A stretch of 63,426 nt of DNA, the filler included, from Pseudogymnoascus verrucosus (taxonomy: Eukaryota), in the NCBI GenBank assembly GCA_001662655.1. It is 12 parts of 12 records of this genome, joined end to end, with 100 filler letters (N's around TTAATTAATTAA, not from the genome) between each part and the next. Parts side by side here need not be neighbours in the genome. Positions count along the whole stretch, not along the records: positions 60,516 to 63,426 come from KV460327.1; 11 more parts are not named here. One strand, given 5' to 3'. The position numbers and the translations under genes are program-made. Below, one piece after another: positions 60,627 to 63,426 of the stretch. Every line of letters starts with the position of its first letter. The stretch's first letter is position 1. The notes under the pieces are model-generated. The model worked only from the letters and a program-made list of their open reading frames with translations, did no database searches and was not told the DNA's origin.

Positions 60627-63426
60627 GTAGGTTGAGGGGTTGTCGAAGAGTTGTTGTCGTCGTCGAGGTGGGATGTCGAGACTGCGTTTTTCGTCGTAGG
60701 AGGGGTTTTCGAGGGTTTTGTTTTTCAAGGGATTTGTTGAAGGGGCGAGGATGATCCCTTTTTGAGGCGAGCCGCTGGCCAGTGGTGGTGTTGTAGTGTT
60801 GGTGTTATCGCGAGACGGCGCTGGTGTTGCGGTGCACGAGCGATAATTGGACGTGCTGATAGGCTCTACCGTGGTCTACCGTGGGCAAGTTGGTGCGGCC
60901 AGGCCAGGAGCGGCTAGGGTGAGGGCTGTGATGTCGTCGGGATGGGATGNNNNNNNNNNNNNNNNNNNGGCGGCGTGTGGAGGTGTCGCCGTTGGTTGGG
61001 GAAAGTGTTGAAGGAGAGAAGGGAAGGCGGAAAATGGAGATGTAAAGGTTATTTGTTGACGGAGCCGCTGTGGCCGTCGTGTTTTGCTTCGGTGGTACTC
61101 CGTACTCCGTAGGGTGGACTTTGTTAGTCCGTTGTTGGTTCGGTATATGTGGGTAGTGGGCGGTGGGTAGTGGGTACTTCTGGACAATGTGCAGGATGGT
61201 CAGGATGGTGCAGGATGATCCAGGATGATCGCAGGATCCTCTTTAGTAGTATAGTAGTAACAGAGATAGTAGTAGAGATGCTACTAGTATAGTATGGTAG
61301 GTACTATACACTCGTTATGCACATAAATGGGCAAATACGGACAATAGATTCTCTCACTGGCGCCGACAAAGCTGAATGACAACACAGGACGGACTGAGCA
61401 GTGGTTGGCTGGCGGTTTCGATGGCGGCGGCTGGATGTGAAGTGTGGCGTTTATGGTGCAGGTTGAAGGTAGGGGTGCTTGCTTGCTTGGTGGGTTGCTT
61501 GAGTTCTTGAGTTCTTGGGAGGCGTGTCCCAGTGTGTCGTGGTGTATCTTGGAGTGTCTTGGAGTGTCTTGGACTGCCCTGAGTGCGTATCCTCGGCGCC
61601 CTGAGAGTCCTGAATTGTGCTATTCCTCTGGGTATTGGGTGCTAGGTGGGTATGCCGTCATGCTCCGTAACAGTGTGGGACAGGGAGTATTCGGGAATCT
61701 CAGTATTCGGTACTTCGTGTAGGCAGTCAACGGTACGACCGACCACCTCGACGTAATGGTACTGTTGGTAGCAACACAGCGCTGTGGTATAGCGGCAATA
61801 ATGGTAAGAAGCTCACTGATCGGCGAGGATGACGTTGGTTCCTAGCGGCTGATGGACGGCTAGGGATGGGTGATGGGTGGGTGATTTGACGGATATTGGA
61901 CCAGTCGGCGGTTGATTGACGGATCGGTTGGGATGGCCGCGATGGGATACGGTTGCAACGTGTGATTGAGAGATTGAGCGTGATTGAATTGACCTGCCAT
62001 TGACTTTCCAAGGCGGCGGCGACGAAGAAGGGGGAGTAAGGGTAGGGGATAGAGTAGGAGGAGGCTATTCAGCCATTCCGGTGATCGACAAAGGGAAGGA
62101 TCAATGGCACGAGAAAGAAGCAAAGAAAGAAAGTAAGACAATGAATGGGGTGGGAGAGAGCTGGTAATTTAGATATGTGCACACATGCTTTCAGAGTTGT
62201 ATTTATTATTCACAGTCCAGTTAGTAGAGCACAGTCAGTAGTAACAGTAGTAGTGGGAAGTGGCGTCTACGCTACCGCTACCCTCTTATCTTTGCATCCC
62301 GTCTTGACGTTATTCACGATAAAATCCCGACCGACGGCACCGACCATATGCACAAACACTTCAGCTCTACACGGGCAAGATCACCAGCAATCCAATCCCC
62401 ACCCCACGATGCCCTCATCCCGCAATATTGAAAAATAACCAAATAGTCCATTACAATCCAGTATAGCCCAATATCAGCCCCCCACCACCACTTCATGGAC
62501 TATTTCCCCTTCCCATTCTTTTTCGCCCGTCCCGCTCACCCCCCCCCCAAACCCCCAAACCCCCAATGCAATGCCCTGATCAAGCCAAGGCACAAAAACC
62601 CACATCTCCACTTTCTCCAAGCCCGCATCTCAGCCGTCGCAGGGCTGACTACGGGACTGTACCTACCACGCTCAGTGAGTCAATACGATAGCCTTCTCAC
62701 GCTGAGTATATAGATGTAAGAGGCTGTATGTATGTCTCACCCCACGATCTTGCCACGTCAAGAGACATACACCCAACGCGTGTGCCGACAGACACGTAGA
62801 GCTCATCTTCACCTCATCTTCACCTCACCGCGTCGTCGTCGCATCGGCGCGATACCCTGGCCTGGCCTGTCACTGCACGCNNNNNNNNNNNNNNNNNNNN
62901 NNNNNNNNNNNNNNNNNNNNNNNNNNNNNNNNNNNNNNNNNNNNNNNNNNNNNNNATCCTCCTTCCCCTCCCCCTCCCGCTCACTCCCCTCAATTCCGTC
63001 ACTGTCCTCAACTGTAATGTAACCCCTCAATTCAATCCCGCACGCACCCTAGACCCCCAAGAGTAGCCATACGTCACACCACGCTCATCCCCCTCCTTCC
63101 CCTCCCGACGTCAACAACCCAAACAAACCCGGCCCTTACTCCCGCCGACGCGAGAGGGATGCAATAACAATGGCCCCGGATCCGGCCTTGCCCTGGCCAT
63201 CGCTGCGACCCTAGCCTACCACCCACCACCTGGCATAAGATACCACGACAGGAAGGGCAGGAAGGATAGGGTAGGATAGGATAGGACGGGAAAGAATAGG
63301 ATAGGAAAGAGCGACCCCGCACTACACCTGCAGATGTGTATGTATATGCAATCCCTAGCCTAGCTGAAAACAAAAACCCAACGCATGATTGAAGGGAAAA
63401 CATTCATGATTGGGTTTGCTTTTGTT

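Noticed and set aside
60876..63403. Numerous 60-110 aa ORFs on both strands
   Set aside because: Low-complexity, overlapping and without recognisable motifs; consistent with intergenic or UTR sequence.

Overview
Filamentous-ascomycete genomic scaffold: short GT-AG introns with CTAAC/CTGAC-like branch sites, heavy RIP, and 11 artificial 100-nt N/TTAATTAATTAA contig spacers, so adjacency across spacers is not guaranteed. Most of the window is mobile DNA: (i) three RIP-inactivated Ty3/Gypsy chromodomain LTR retrotransposons sharing one LTR; (ii) a deeply nested pile of Fot1/pogo-type (DD35D) DNA transposons, one intact (42925-44859), plus 12 complete non-autonomous MITEs; (iii) a Mutator-like fragment. 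Host genes: an APC/YAT amino-acid permease, ADI1, a cyanamide hydratase-family HD protein, a truncated mtr-like transporter, a small secreted 8-Cys protein, a CE1/FaeC-like esterase and an intronless ASCH protein. Two features stand out. First, the pogo family keeps a near-identical catalytic core while its N-terminal HTH and its TIR repeat core vary together (about 20 TIR variants, several with matching MITEs). Second, the retrotransposon carries an antisense Zn2Cys6-like/coiled-coil ORF next to an LTR containing nine GGYRCC motifs at 16/18-bp spacing, and a second array with the same motif and spacing occurs at 58289-58556 in otherwise unrelated sequence. All coordinates and comparisons were read by eye; no searches were run.
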